Shown here one piece after another: positions 10,255 through 19,524 of a stretch of DNA of 64,000 nucleotides. The translations under genes and the position numbers were made by a program. The stretch spans positions 32,001 to 96,000 of the forward strand of contig CAVTHS010000007.1 in the NCBI GenBank assembly GCA_963734535.1, read 5' to 3'. Source of the DNA: an uncultured Chloroflexia bacterium (GTDB taxonomy: Bacteria > Chloroflexota > Limnocylindria > Limnocylindrales > CSP1-4). Under the pieces are notes generated by a model that saw only the letters and a program-made list of their open reading frames with translations, searched no databases and had not been told where the DNA came from. How positions within the stretch are numbered: the first letter of the stretch is position 1; every line of letters begins with the position of its first letter.

Positions 10255-11217
10255 TCAGGCCTCCTCGACGACCGTCGACGGCGTGGTACCGGGTGTCGTC
10301 TGGGCCACGATGACGCCGAGGATCACGAGGAAGCCTCCGAGCAGCTGCACCGACGACAGGCGCTCGCCGAAGAGGAGCGTCGCAAGGGTGATCGTCCAGA
10401 CCGGCTCCACGGTCGAGACGAGCGCGGCCTGGGCGGCCCCGATCCGCGCCGTGCCCGCGTAGAACGCCGAGATCGCGACGGCTGTCGAGAAGACGGCGAT
10501 CCCCGCCAGCCCGAACCACGCGCCGCCGGGAACGAGCCACGGCACGGTTGGCTCGCCGGCCGCGGCGGCCATCAGCGCCACCACGGCGAACGTCGCGGTC
10601 AGCATCACGGCGGCTGCCACGGCCGGGCGCGTCTCCGCACCGTCGCCGCCGGTCCGGTCGTTGGCCGTCTCGCCGCGCCGCTCGCCGGCGAGGTGGGCCG
10701 CGAGGACGATGTAGACCGCGTAGATGCAGGGAGAGGCGATGATGAGGGCGAGCCCGACCGGATCGGCGCGCGTCTCGATCCCACCCAGCGTGAGGGCCAC
10801 CCCGAGGCTCACGATCCCGAGCGCGGCCCAGGGCCGGCGACCGTGCAGCCCGTGCCCGAACCGGATCGAGATCACCGCAACGAGGGCCGGGTAGATGTAC
10901 ACGATCAGCGACGCGAGCGACGCCGAGATGTACTGCAGCGCGGCGTAGTACGTGCCCGCGTTGGCCACGAAGAAGGCCCCGAGCCCGATGAGCGCGACGA
11001 CGCGGCGCCGTGGCAGCGCTCGCAGGCCGGCGCGGTTCGCGGGCACGAGGAGCGCCCACGCCCACACGAGCAGCCCGCCGAGGAGGAACCGCCAGTAGAG
11101 GAGGGCGAGCCAGTCGAGGCCGGCACCGTACACGCTCTTCGCGAAGAGGGGACCCGACCCATAGCCGCAGGCGGAGATGGCCGCCAGGGCAATCCCCAGC
11201 AGGCGGCGACGGTCCAT
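10255..11217 (-). CDS. DMT/EamA family transporter
   Basis: About 10 TM segments with YWRF, YIYP, STVEPV and LFGERL motifs. Confidence 0.9.
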   Translation of the reverse strand: MDRRRLLGIALAAISACGYGSGPLFAKSVYGAGLDWLALLYWRFLLGGLLVWAWALLVPANRAGLRALPRRRVVALIGLGAFFVANAGTYYAALQYISASLASLIVYIYPALVAVISIRFGHGLHGRRPWAALGIVSLGVALTLGGIETRADPVGLALIIASPCIYAVYIVLAAHLAGERRGETANDRTGGDGAETRPAVAAAVMLTATFAVVALMAAAAGEPTVPWLVPGGAWFGLAGIAVFSTAVAISAFYAGTARIGAAQAALVSTVEPVWTITLATLLFGERLSSVQLLGGFLVILGVIVAQTTPGTTPSTVVEEA

Positions 11218-11363
11218 CTGTCCGAGCGTAGCAAAGCGCGCGACCGCTCGAGAGGTCCCGGGAGCGGGGATCGCCGGGCCGCCGATGACCGTCGGGTGGT
11301 CCTGGTGCCGGAGCCGGGCCGCCGGAACCGCGCCGGGGCGCTGGACCACCGGGGCCGAGAGGG

Positions 11364-14300
11364 TCAGGCTGCGGGCGAGCTCCCGGAGCCGGCTGCGCCG
11401 TCGGCCGACGCGATGAGCTCCGAGATGCGCGCGAGGAGGACGCGTGGCCCGACCGGCTTCGAGAGAAAGTCGTTGCAGCCGGCAGCCCTCACCCGCTTCG
11501 CATCCTCGGGCGTGGCGTCGGCGCTCAGGACCAGGATCGGCAGGTGCTGGCGTGTCGTGTCGGCGCGGATGTCCTCGGCGAGCTCGACGCCGTTTCCATC
11601 GCCCAGGCGCAGGTCCAGGAGGACGAGCGCCGGCGTTCCCTGGCTGAGCCGGTTCCGCGCCTCCGCGAGGGAGCGCGCCTTCCAGACCTCGTAGTCCGCC
11701 ATCTCGAGGATGTCGGTGGCAAGGCTGAGCGCGGTGAGGTCGTCCTCCACGACGAGAACCGGGCGACCGCCGCCCAGGCCAGCCATCGGGAGTCTCTCCG
11801 GCTCCTGGCTGGCATGGTCGACGCCCGCCTCCGCTTGCCGTGGAAGCGTCAGGGTGAACGAGCTGCCCAAGCCGAGCGTGCTCGAGACCACCAGCCTGCC
11901 GCCGTGCAGCTCGGCCAGGCTTCGGGCGATGGCCAGCCCGAGGCCGGCGCCGGGCGTGCTCGTGCGGGAGACCTGCTCGAACGGCAGGAACGCGCGGTCG
12001 ACATCCTCGGGGCCGATCCCGATCCCGGTGTCGCGGACGGTGACGGCGATCTCCGTGCGCCCTGAGCTGATCTCGACCCAGATATGCCCGCCCCGCTCGG
12101 TGAACTTGAGGGCGTTGCCGATCAGGTTGGTCAGGATCTGGCGCAGCCGGATGGTATCAGCCGTGACGAGGGGGCCCGATCCCGCGGGGATCTCGAGCGC
12201 AATACCGCGTTCCTCTGCCACCGCTGTCAGGTCGGGCGCGATCTCGGCGAGCAGGTCGCCCAGCCGGAACCGCGTCGGCCGGAGATCGAGCCTGCCGGCC
12301 TCGATCCTCGAAAGGTCGACCAGGTCGTCGATCAGGCGCACCATGAGGCGGCCGCTCGACTGGATCGTCGCTCCGAAGTCCCGGATCTTGGCGCCGGACA
12401 GCTTCCCGACGGGGGAGTCATGGACAAGCTCGCTCGAGATCAGGATCGCATGAAGGGGCGTGCGAAGCTCATGGGCGACGTTGGCCAGGAACTGCGTCTT
12501 CGCATCGTTCATCTTGACGAGCTCCGTGTTCGCCCTGTCAAGCTCGCCCACGAGCTCCCGTGCCTGGGCGTTGATCCGCGCGTTGTCCAGGCAGACCGCG
12601 GCGTGGTTGGCGAGGGCCACTGCGATGGCCTCGTCGCCCTCCGTGAACTCGCCGCCATCGAGCTTGTTGGCGACGTACAGGGTCGAGCGGGAGCCGGCCA
12701 CGTGGGGGATCGGGACGCCGAGGAACGATGTGATCGGTGGATGTCCCTCCGGGAGACCCTCGAACGCGGGGTGGGTCTGGACGTCGCGCAACCGGAGGGG
12801 ATGCCCGGACGTCGCTGAGACTGCGAGCACGCCGTGCCCGGTGGGCCAGCGGCCGATCCGCTCGAACGTCGCTCTCGCGTCCACCCCGTCGAACTCGGCC
12901 TCGACCAGCGTGCCGTCCGCGCCGTACGTGGCGATCGCCGCCGATTGGGCGCCCAACGTCTCGCGCGCCGAGCGGAGGACGGCCGGGATCACGGCAGCCG
13001 GGTCCTGGATCGCGCTGATCGCAAGCGTCGCATTGCGGAACCGCTCCTCCGTCATGCGCGCCCGCTCCTCGTTGTACCGGCGCTCCGTGATGTCCTCGAT
13101 CACGTACAGCGCCATCGGCTCGCGCGACGATGGCTCGTGGATCAACCTGGCCGTGACGGCCGTCCAGAGGATCGCGCCGTTCGCCGCGACGTAGCGTCGC
13201 TCGATGGCGCGGACCGCCCGCTCGCCGTCGAACAGGCGCTCTTCCAGCAGCCCGATCGTGGCCAGGTCGTCAGGGTGGATCATCTCGACGACCCGGCGGC
13301 CGAGCGTTTCGCTGGCCGGGAGCCCGAACATGGCGCAGAGCGCGGGGTTCGCCTGGGCCCAGCGGAGATCCTCCCCCGCGATCCCCATGCCGATGGGGCT
13401 CCCGTCGACCACCGCTCGGAGCTCGGCGGCGCTGGCCAGGGCGGCGGCCTCTGCGCGGGCGCGGTCGCTCTCGTCACGAACGATGGCGGAGACACCGGTT
13501 GTCTCTCCGGCGGCGCCGCGGACAGGTGAGACGGTGATCGAGACGGGAATCGTCACCGCGTCCCTCCGCCGCCACTCCCGTTGAAGGTTGTGGATGGTCG
13601 CGCCCGCGAGGACCGCCCCGAATCGCTCCCACAGCTGCGGCCCGTCTCCTTCCGGCAGCGCATCCGAGGCGTTCCGGCCGATCATCTCGGTCGCCTCGTA
13701 CCCGAACAGCCGCGTGGCGGCCGGGTTCCACGAGGTGATGGAGCCATCCGCGGCGACCGCGACGATGGCATCCTCGGAAGACTCGACGATCGCCGCAAGC
13801 TGGCTCACCTCCGCGAGCGACGCCGCCAGTCGCTCCACGAGCCCGGAGTTCTCGGCAACCAGGCTGAGCCTCGCTCCGAGGGTCTCGAGAGCCCGGACGT
13901 CCTCGCTGCCAAACGTGACGAGGTCATCGAGGCGTCCGGCGACCATCAGGAAGCCTTCGACCCCGCGCGGGCTCCGCAGCGGGACGATCATCCCACCGCC
14001 AGCGGTCCCGGAAGCTTGACCCCTGGAATCCAGGAGTCGGCTTCCGCCTCCCGGTGCGAGCAGCGCTCGGCGGGCAGCGACGAGGTCGGGGTCCGCGACC
14101 TCGATGTGGGGCGCGCCGCTCGACTCGAGCGTGACCCGGGTGGCGGGGCGGCTGACGGCCGGGTCGTCGAGGATCACCTCCACGGTTTCCCCGCGGAACA
14201 TCTCGCGCACGCGGACGAGCAGGCGGACGAGGACCGCCTCGTCCAGGAGCGGTCCCCGGAGGATCTCGGTGCAGTCGTACAGGAACTCCAGGCGAGCCTG

Positions 14301-15071
14301 CCGGACGCGCTGGGCGCTGAACGCGCGATAGCCGAGCAGCCCCACGCCGGCCGGCACGGTCAGGAGCCAGAGCCCGTTCGGCTCGGTGTTGATGAAGCTG
14401 ACGGCAAGCATCGCGATCGACGTGTTGACGAAGGCCGTCGCGAGCCCGAAGGCCAGCCCCTGTCGGAGGGCGGTCCACGCCATGCTTCGCACGCTCATCG
14501 AGATGACCAGGGAGATGGCCGGGGCGCTCACGGCAACGACGGTCGCCGCGCCCACGAACGAAGCACCCCACCAGAGGATCAGGTTCGTCGGGGCAGGCGG
14601 CACGATTGCCCGGAAGACCACCAACCCCAGCGAGGAACCCAGGCTGAAGATCCCGAGGTTGAATGCGAGCTTCAGGGGCGGCTGGCGCCGATGCACCACG
14701 AGCGCCGCAGCCGCACCCACGAACTGGGCGACGACCAGGTAGGCCGGGGCCACGAAGTAGAAGCCGACAACGAGCGGGATCTCGCTGAGCGAGACGGTGA
14801 CCGCCTGGTTCCGGAGCCTGAGATGGACCACGGCCACCTCCGCCAGGGCGAAACCCACGGCAAACGCCGGCCACGGGAGCGGGTCTTCCGGGTCATAGGC
14901 GGTGAGGGGCACGATGAGGATGAGGAACACGGCCACTGCAGCCGCCCAGACGACGCCCGTGAAGATCCAGGCGGCCCTCCGGCCCGTCAGCAGCGCCCGG
15001 GCCGAACCCGGCAGGCGACCGCGCGACGCACCTTCGACCCGCTTGTTCCCCGGCGCGACTGCGCTCGTCAC
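11364..15071 (-). CDS. Hybrid sensor histidine kinase: multi-TM input, GAF, 2 PAS, GAF, HisKA/HATPase, REC
   Basis: About 7 N-terminal TM helices; PAS motifs (SSEDAI..WNPAA..LFGY; IHPDD); AHELRTPL H-box; NLIGNALKFT; DTGIG; GAGLGL; C-terminal VLVVEDD...LLDL...KP. Confidence 0.92.
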   Translation of the reverse strand: MTSAVAPGNKRVEGASRGRLPGSARALLTGRRAAWIFTGVVWAAAVAVFLILIVPLTAYDPEDPLPWPAFAVGFALAEVAVVHLRLRNQAVTVSLSEIPLVVGFYFVAPAYLVVAQFVGAAAALVVHRRQPPLKLAFNLGIFSLGSSLGLVVFRAIVPPAPTNLILWWGASFVGAATVVAVSAPAISLVISMSVRSMAWTALRQGLAFGLATAFVNTSIAMLAVSFINTEPNGLWLLTVPAGVGLLGYRAFSAQRVRQARLEFLYDCTEILRGPLLDEAVLVRLLVRVREMFRGETVEVILDDPAVSRPATRVTLESSGAPHIEVADPDLVAARRALLAPGGGSRLLDSRGQASGTAGGGMIVPLRSPRGVEGFLMVAGRLDDLVTFGSEDVRALETLGARLSLVAENSGLVERLAASLAEVSQLAAIVESSEDAIVAVAADGSITSWNPAATRLFGYEATEMIGRNASDALPEGDGPQLWERFGAVLAGATIHNLQREWRRRDAVTIPVSITVSPVRGAAGETTGVSAIVRDESDRARAEAAALASAAELRAVVDGSPIGMGIAGEDLRWAQANPALCAMFGLPASETLGRRVVEMIHPDDLATIGLLEERLFDGERAVRAIERRYVAANGAILWTAVTARLIHEPSSREPMALYVIEDITERRYNEERARMTEERFRNATLAISAIQDPAAVIPAVLRSARETLGAQSAAIATYGADGTLVEAEFDGVDARATFERIGRWPTGHGVLAVSATSGHPLRLRDVQTHPAFEGLPEGHPPITSFLGVPIPHVAGSRSTLYVANKLDGGEFTEGDEAIAVALANHAAVCLDNARINAQARELVGELDRANTELVKMNDAKTQFLANVAHELRTPLHAILISSELVHDSPVGKLSGAKIRDFGATIQSSGRLMVRLIDDLVDLSRIEAGRLDLRPTRFRLGDLLAEIAPDLTAVAEERGIALEIPAGSGPLVTADTIRLRQILTNLIGNALKFTERGGHIWVEISSGRTEIAVTVRDTGIGIGPEDVDRAFLPFEQVSRTSTPGAGLGLAIARSLAELHGGRLVVSSTLGLGSSFTLTLPRQAEAGVDHASQEPERLPMAGLGGGRPVLVVEDDLTALSLATDILEMADYEVWKARSLAEARNRLSQGTPALVLLDLRLGDGNGVELAEDIRADTTRQHLPILVLSADATPEDAKRVRAAGCNDFLSKPVGPRVLLARISELIASADGAAGSGSSPAA

Positions 15072-15102
15072 GGCTGCCCCCGTCCCGGTGAGCGCCGTGC
15101 GC

Positions 15103-16962
15103 TCACTCGCTGCTCCATTTGACGGTCGACCATCCGAGGCCCGACCAGCTCAGGCCGGACCACGATAGTCCGGACCAGCCCAAGGCGGACCACGATAGAC
15201 CAGACCAGCTCAGGCCGGACCAGGACAGCCCGGACCAGCTCAGGCCGGACCAGGCCGGGCCACTCGATGAGGAGGCACACAGGCAGTCTCCCGTCCACGT
15301 GCGACCGTTCCACTTCCCGTGGTCCCAGCTGTGCCCCTCCGCCACCTCTTCGGCCCATTCTGCCGCGTTCCATGTCGTCCCGAAGATGTCGCGCTCACCC
15401 GCGAGCACTGACGTCCCCGCCTGGACGTGCGCGCCACCCCGTGCCGCCTCCAGCGACCCGGTCCCCGTCGCCCGGGGCCAGACCTGGACGGCGTCGGGGA
15501 CCGGAGCCCGCCCCGCACTCGCAACGTCGAGCAGACCAGCGCCCTGGGCGCCCGGGTCCCCCGACGTGATCGGGACCGCCGTGGACGTGAGGAGCGCCTT
15601 GACCTGGTCAGGCGTCAGTCCCGGTCGCTCGTCGAGCAGGAGTGCCACGGCCCCCGAAACAACGGCCGCCGCCTGGGATGTGCCGCTGCCCCGGAGCAGC
15701 CTGGAGCCGGTTGCGGAGGGAGCCGCGAGGTCCAGCGTCGAGCCCGGGTCGCGCAGCCCCGGGACGTCCACGCCCGGCGCCACGAGGTCCGGACGCCGGG
15801 CCGTGTCCCCGGGGCTGGACCACGAGGGGACGGTGTCGTCGGCCGGGTCGAGCGTGCCCTGGACGTCGGCGGCTCCCACGGCGATGACGTATGGGTCGGC
15901 CGCCGGGTTCGTAAGCGGGCGTCGGTACTCCCCGGCATTTCCGCCCGCTGTCACGACCACGATGCCCTTCCGCCACGCGGCTTCGACGGCGTAGGCCAAC
16001 GGGTCGACCGCATGGTCCTGCAATCCGTCCGTCCCGAATGAGAGATTGAGCAGGCGGATGTTCAGCCCGCCGCTGCGGCGGTGCTCGACCACCCAGTCGA
16101 TTGCCGCGATGACCTGGGACACGTCGGTGAGGCCATCCGCGCTCGCCACCTTCACGCTGACGATCCGCGCCCCGGGGGCGATCCCAGCAAACTCGCCGGC
16201 CTCCGGACGGTCGCCCGAGGCGAGCGCGTCGTCTCGGCCGGCGATGATGCTGGCAAGGTGCGTCCCGTGCCCGAACGTGTCCAGGTAGGGTGGCGCGCCT
16301 GCCTGCCGATCGAATGACAGGTCCGGTCCGTTTACCACCTTGCCGGTTGCCGTCAGGCCGTTGACCGGGACCACGCCAGAATCGATCAGGGCCACGTCCA
16401 CGCCAGCCCCCGTCACGTGGTCGTCCCAGAGCGTGGTGGCCCCGATCGCATCGGCGACGTCCGTGATCGAGCCTGTCGTCGATGCCCCGCCAAGATCGTT
16501 CAAGCTGCTCAGGCTGAGCGCCGCGTTCGGCGTCACCGACGAGACGCCTGGCGCACGCTGCAACGCTGACCTCGCCCAGGGCGAGACGCGGGCCTCGAAT
16601 CCATCGATCAGGGAGAGGCGCACCCCGGCTTCGCCGCCGACATCGCGGACAGCGCGAACCGCTTCGGCGTGGTGCCCGGGCACCTCCCGGACGATGACGC
16701 CGGCCAGGTTGACGGCACGCGCGGAAACACCAGCGCCTCCCGGTCCGGCCAGCAGGACCGCGGCGGCGGTGACGATTGGCACCACGAGGTGCACGCCTGC
16801 CCGGCCGCGAGGGTCCCGGCGGCGAGCGGGCCTGATGGCCTCGTAGCGGTGCGCCAATCCGGGCCTCCGTGGTCGTCGTGGTTGCTTCTGGCCGCGGGCG
16901 GCACCGGCGTGATCCGGCTCGCGTGCGTGTGAATCCGCACGCGTGTCAATCCGGCTGGACAC
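15103..16962 (-). CDS. Secreted S8 subtilase with a Trp-periodic C-terminal repeat tail
   Basis: Catalytic motifs LIDSG, GHGTH, AGGN, GSGTSQA; hydrophobic signal-like segment. The true start is probably downstream of 16962, near 16790. Confidence 0.9.
   Translation of the reverse strand: MSSRIDTRADSHAREPDHAGAARGQKQPRRPRRPGLAHRYEAIRPARRRDPRGRAGVHLVVPIVTAAAVLLAGPGGAGVSARAVNLAGVIVREVPGHHAEAVRAVRDVGGEAGVRLSLIDGFEARVSPWARSALQRAPGVSSVTPNAALSLSSLNDLGGASTTGSITDVADAIGATTLWDDHVTGAGVDVALIDSGVVPVNGLTATGKVVNGPDLSFDRQAGAPPYLDTFGHGTHLASIIAGRDDALASGDRPEAGEFAGIAPGARIVSVKVASADGLTDVSQVIAAIDWVVEHRRSGGLNIRLLNLSFGTDGLQDHAVDPLAYAVEAAWRKGIVVVTAGGNAGEYRRPLTNPAADPYVIAVGAADVQGTLDPADDTVPSWSSPGDTARRPDLVAPGVDVPGLRDPGSTLDLAAPSATGSRLLRGSGTSQAAAVVSGAVALLLDERPGLTPDQVKALLTSTAVPITSGDPGAQGAGLLDVASAGRAPVPDAVQVWPRATGTGSLEAARGGAHVQAGTSVLAGERDIFGTTWNAAEWAEEVAEGHSWDHGKWNGRTWTGDCLCASSSSGPAWSGLSWSGLSWSGLSWSGLSWSALGWSGLSWSGLSWSGLGWSTVKWSSE
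15115..15252 (-). repeat. Coding 15-bp tandem repeat: nine SGLSW-like pentapeptides
   Basis: W-SGLSW-SGLSW-SGLSW-SGLSW-SALGW-SGLSW-SGLSW-SGLGW-STVKW-SSE*. Synonymous variation between units indicates selection at the protein level. Confidence 0.92.
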
Positions 16963-17197
16963 AGTAGGTGGACTCTATTCTCCCCACGATCGCGGTCGCG
17001 GTCCATCCCGCAGGTGAGGGGATCGCACCCTGCGCGACAGCCCGGGTCCTGTTGACCCCGGCGATTGGGCGGTACCATGCCCCAGGATGGGGGATAATCC
17101 TCCGAAGGTGGAGAGCCCGGCGGGGTGCTCCCGGGTTACCGGTTTCGGCTCTGGCGTGCGAGAAATCAGGCGCCTGGCAGGGGGAGAGGGTTCGGTT

Positions 17198-18007
17198 ATG
17201 AGCAAGGCCGCGGTGACGGGTCGGATCGCCTCGGCTCCTGATCGGCCGTCCGGCCGACCAGGAGCGCGTGACGGCCGATCCCGGGTCGCGGTCAAGCCGG
17301 GCGACCTGGTCCCCGTGTCTGCCATCCCCGGGGCGACTCGCGTCCTGATCGTCGACGATCACCGGGCGTTCTCCGAGGCGCTCGCCGCCGCGATCGATGG
17401 CAACCTGGACCTCGTCTGTGTCGGCACCCCGACCACGATCGACGAATGCCTTGCCATGGTGGAGACGACCGCGCCGGACGTGGTCCTGCTGGACATCTAC
17501 CTGCCCGACGGCGATGGCATCGAGGCGATCCCGGCGATACGGGCTCGCCATGGCGACGCTCGCATTCTCGTCATGACCGGGTACACCGACGTCGAGGTCA
17601 TGGCGCGGGCGGCCTCGGCGGGAGCGAGCGGCTTCCTGCCAAAGGAGAATTCGATCAGCGCGGTCCTGGCTGCCATTCGGGCGGTTGGGGACGGTCAGAT
17701 GCTCGTCGACGGATCGACCCTCGCTGCGATCCTGGGCCGGGTGGGCCGCGCCGCCCCGGGGACCCGCGCGCTCGACTCCGGCGCCGCCAACCTGACCAGG
17801 CGCGAGCGGGATGTCCTGGACCTCATGGGCCAGGGCCTCGATCCACACGCCGTTGCCGGGAAGCTCGAGATCAGCCTCCACACCTGTCGGGGCTACCAGA
17901 AGAGCATCCTGGCCAAGCTCGACGCGCACAGCCAGCTGGAGGCCGTCGTCGTCGCGGCCCGGCGCGGCCTCATCGCGCGGCTCGGACAAGGACGGGGCCG
18001 CGCCTGA
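17198..18007 (+). CDS. NarL/LuxR-family response regulator
   Basis: VLIVDDH...VLLDIYLPDGDG...FLPK receiver plus LTRRERDVL...LEIS.HT HTH. Divergent from the peptidase-kinase pair. Start could be near 17315. Confidence 0.9.
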   Translation: MSKAAVTGRIASAPDRPSGRPGARDGRSRVAVKPGDLVPVSAIPGATRVLIVDDHRAFSEALAAAIDGNLDLVCVGTPTTIDECLAMVETTAPDVVLLDIYLPDGDGIEAIPAIRARHGDARILVMTGYTDVEVMARAASAGASGFLPKENSISAVLAAIRAVGDGQMLVDGSTLAAILGRVGRAAPGTRALDSGAANLTRRERDVLDLMGQGLDPHAVAGKLEISLHTCRGYQKSILAKLDAHSQLEAVVVAARRGLIARLGQGRGRA

Positions 18008-18826
18008 TCGCCCCCTGACCGGCCGCCCATCGGCCGCATCGGGCGCTGATCGGCCGATCAGACCCCTCATCTTCGGGAGGGAAGTCCACTCCATCTGAGG
18101 GCTGGCGGCCGGCAGGAATGGCGGCGCCTAATGCAGGACGCAAGGGCGCGCCCGCACCGCCGGGTTTTCGACGGTTCAGACGGCCCTGGCACGTTGACCC
18201 GCATCCTTGCTGCCCGAGCGCAAGCGGGCACGCAAGCCAGCGACCGACGGCCTCGGTGCCCGAGACGGGCCTCCTCCCCCTGACATCGCAAGGGTGCCGG
18301 GGCCGCCGGCTCAGCCTGGCCCGCGCGGGCGACCCGGCGGGCGGCCGTCTGCTGGACCCAGATCCATTCCGAACCTGCCGTCCCGCCAACGCGGGTCCCG
18401 GCTCCGGACGCGTCCCCGACCCCACCGGCTCTGACCGCAGCCGCCAGCCTCCCGCTGCGCCCGCGCGACCCGCTCACAGCCGGCCATGACCCTGGAGCGC
18501 TGCCGCCCGTCCTGACCAGTTGCCGTGGCTATAGCAGCCATCCATTGGCGTCCGGATGCGACCACGCGCGACCCCCCAACCTGCGGGGTCGGCAGCCTCC
18601 CACCTGCGGGCTAGGCCGCCCATGCGTCGGCGGTGCCCAATTACGGCGGCGACATGTGGCCTCTTGTGGGGATCAGATCGCACGCCTAATTGAGAGGGTG
18701 ACGTGGACACATTGATGCGGATCCCGTCCGCGACCGGGGTGCCTTGCGAGAGCGCCTCCCGTCCGTCGGCGGCTATCCCGAGTTCGTCGACGTCGGCGTC
18801 CGCGCCCACGTTCGGGGCTCTCGGCG

Positions 18827-19456
18827 TTGGGTGACGCCGTGGTCGCCCCAGCTGACGCCGCGGACGTCCGGTCGCCGGTCCGCCTGCGACGGCCGTCTGC
18901 CCCCGATCCCGTGCGCGTCGTGGCGTACAGCTGGCTGATGGCCCTCGCGGCCATCGGCCTGCTCAACCTGCTCCACGCGGACCTCCACGAGCATCACGAC
19001 CTCCCCCCGCTCGTTCACTGGCTGCGGGACGCGGCCCTCGCGGTACCCCTCGCCGCGATTGCCGTCCTGGGAGCGGCGTTCCTCGTCCGGGCGCGCACCT
19101 TTCGCCCGCGTGGCGGAGGCGTCTCGTCGATCCCCACGCGTCTCGCCTGGGCGGTCTTCGCCTCCACCTTCTTCGCGATCCTCAGCATCCCCGGGATCCA
19201 GCTCCATGGGCTGTTGTTCGGGGCCGAGGAGGAGTCCGTGGGCTGGCTCGCGGACGCGTTCAAGGACGGAGGCATCACGTTGGCGATCTCCCTCGTCGCG
19301 CTCGTGCCAGCCGCGTTGATCACGGGGCCGCCCTGGCGAGCTGTCCGTGCCGACTTTGGACCTGACCAGGCGCCCGGAGCGACGCTCGCAGCGTCGGCCG
19401 GGTCTTCCGCATTTCTCGCAACCGCGGGATCCACCTACGCCGGAGGCGATCGATGA
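18827..19456 (+). CDS. His-rich hypothetical membrane protein
   Basis: About 4 TM segments with LLHADLHEHHDLPPLVHW and QLHG. Its stop overlaps (ATGA) the next gene. Start uncertain (18827, 18911 or 18938). Confidence 0.65.
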   Translation: MGDAVVAPADAADVRSPVRLRRPSAPDPVRVVAYSWLMALAAIGLLNLLHADLHEHHDLPPLVHWLRDAALAVPLAAIAVLGAAFLVRARTFRPRGGGVSSIPTRLAWAVFASTFFAILSIPGIQLHGLLFGAEEESVGWLADAFKDGGITLAISLVALVPAALITGPPWRAVRADFGPDQAPGATLAASAGSSAFLATAGSTYAGGDR

Positions 19457-19524
19457 GCACCCAGGACAACCGCGCCTCCGTGGCAGGCCAGCAACGTTCC
19501 ACCAGCAGTGAGGAGAGCCAGGTA

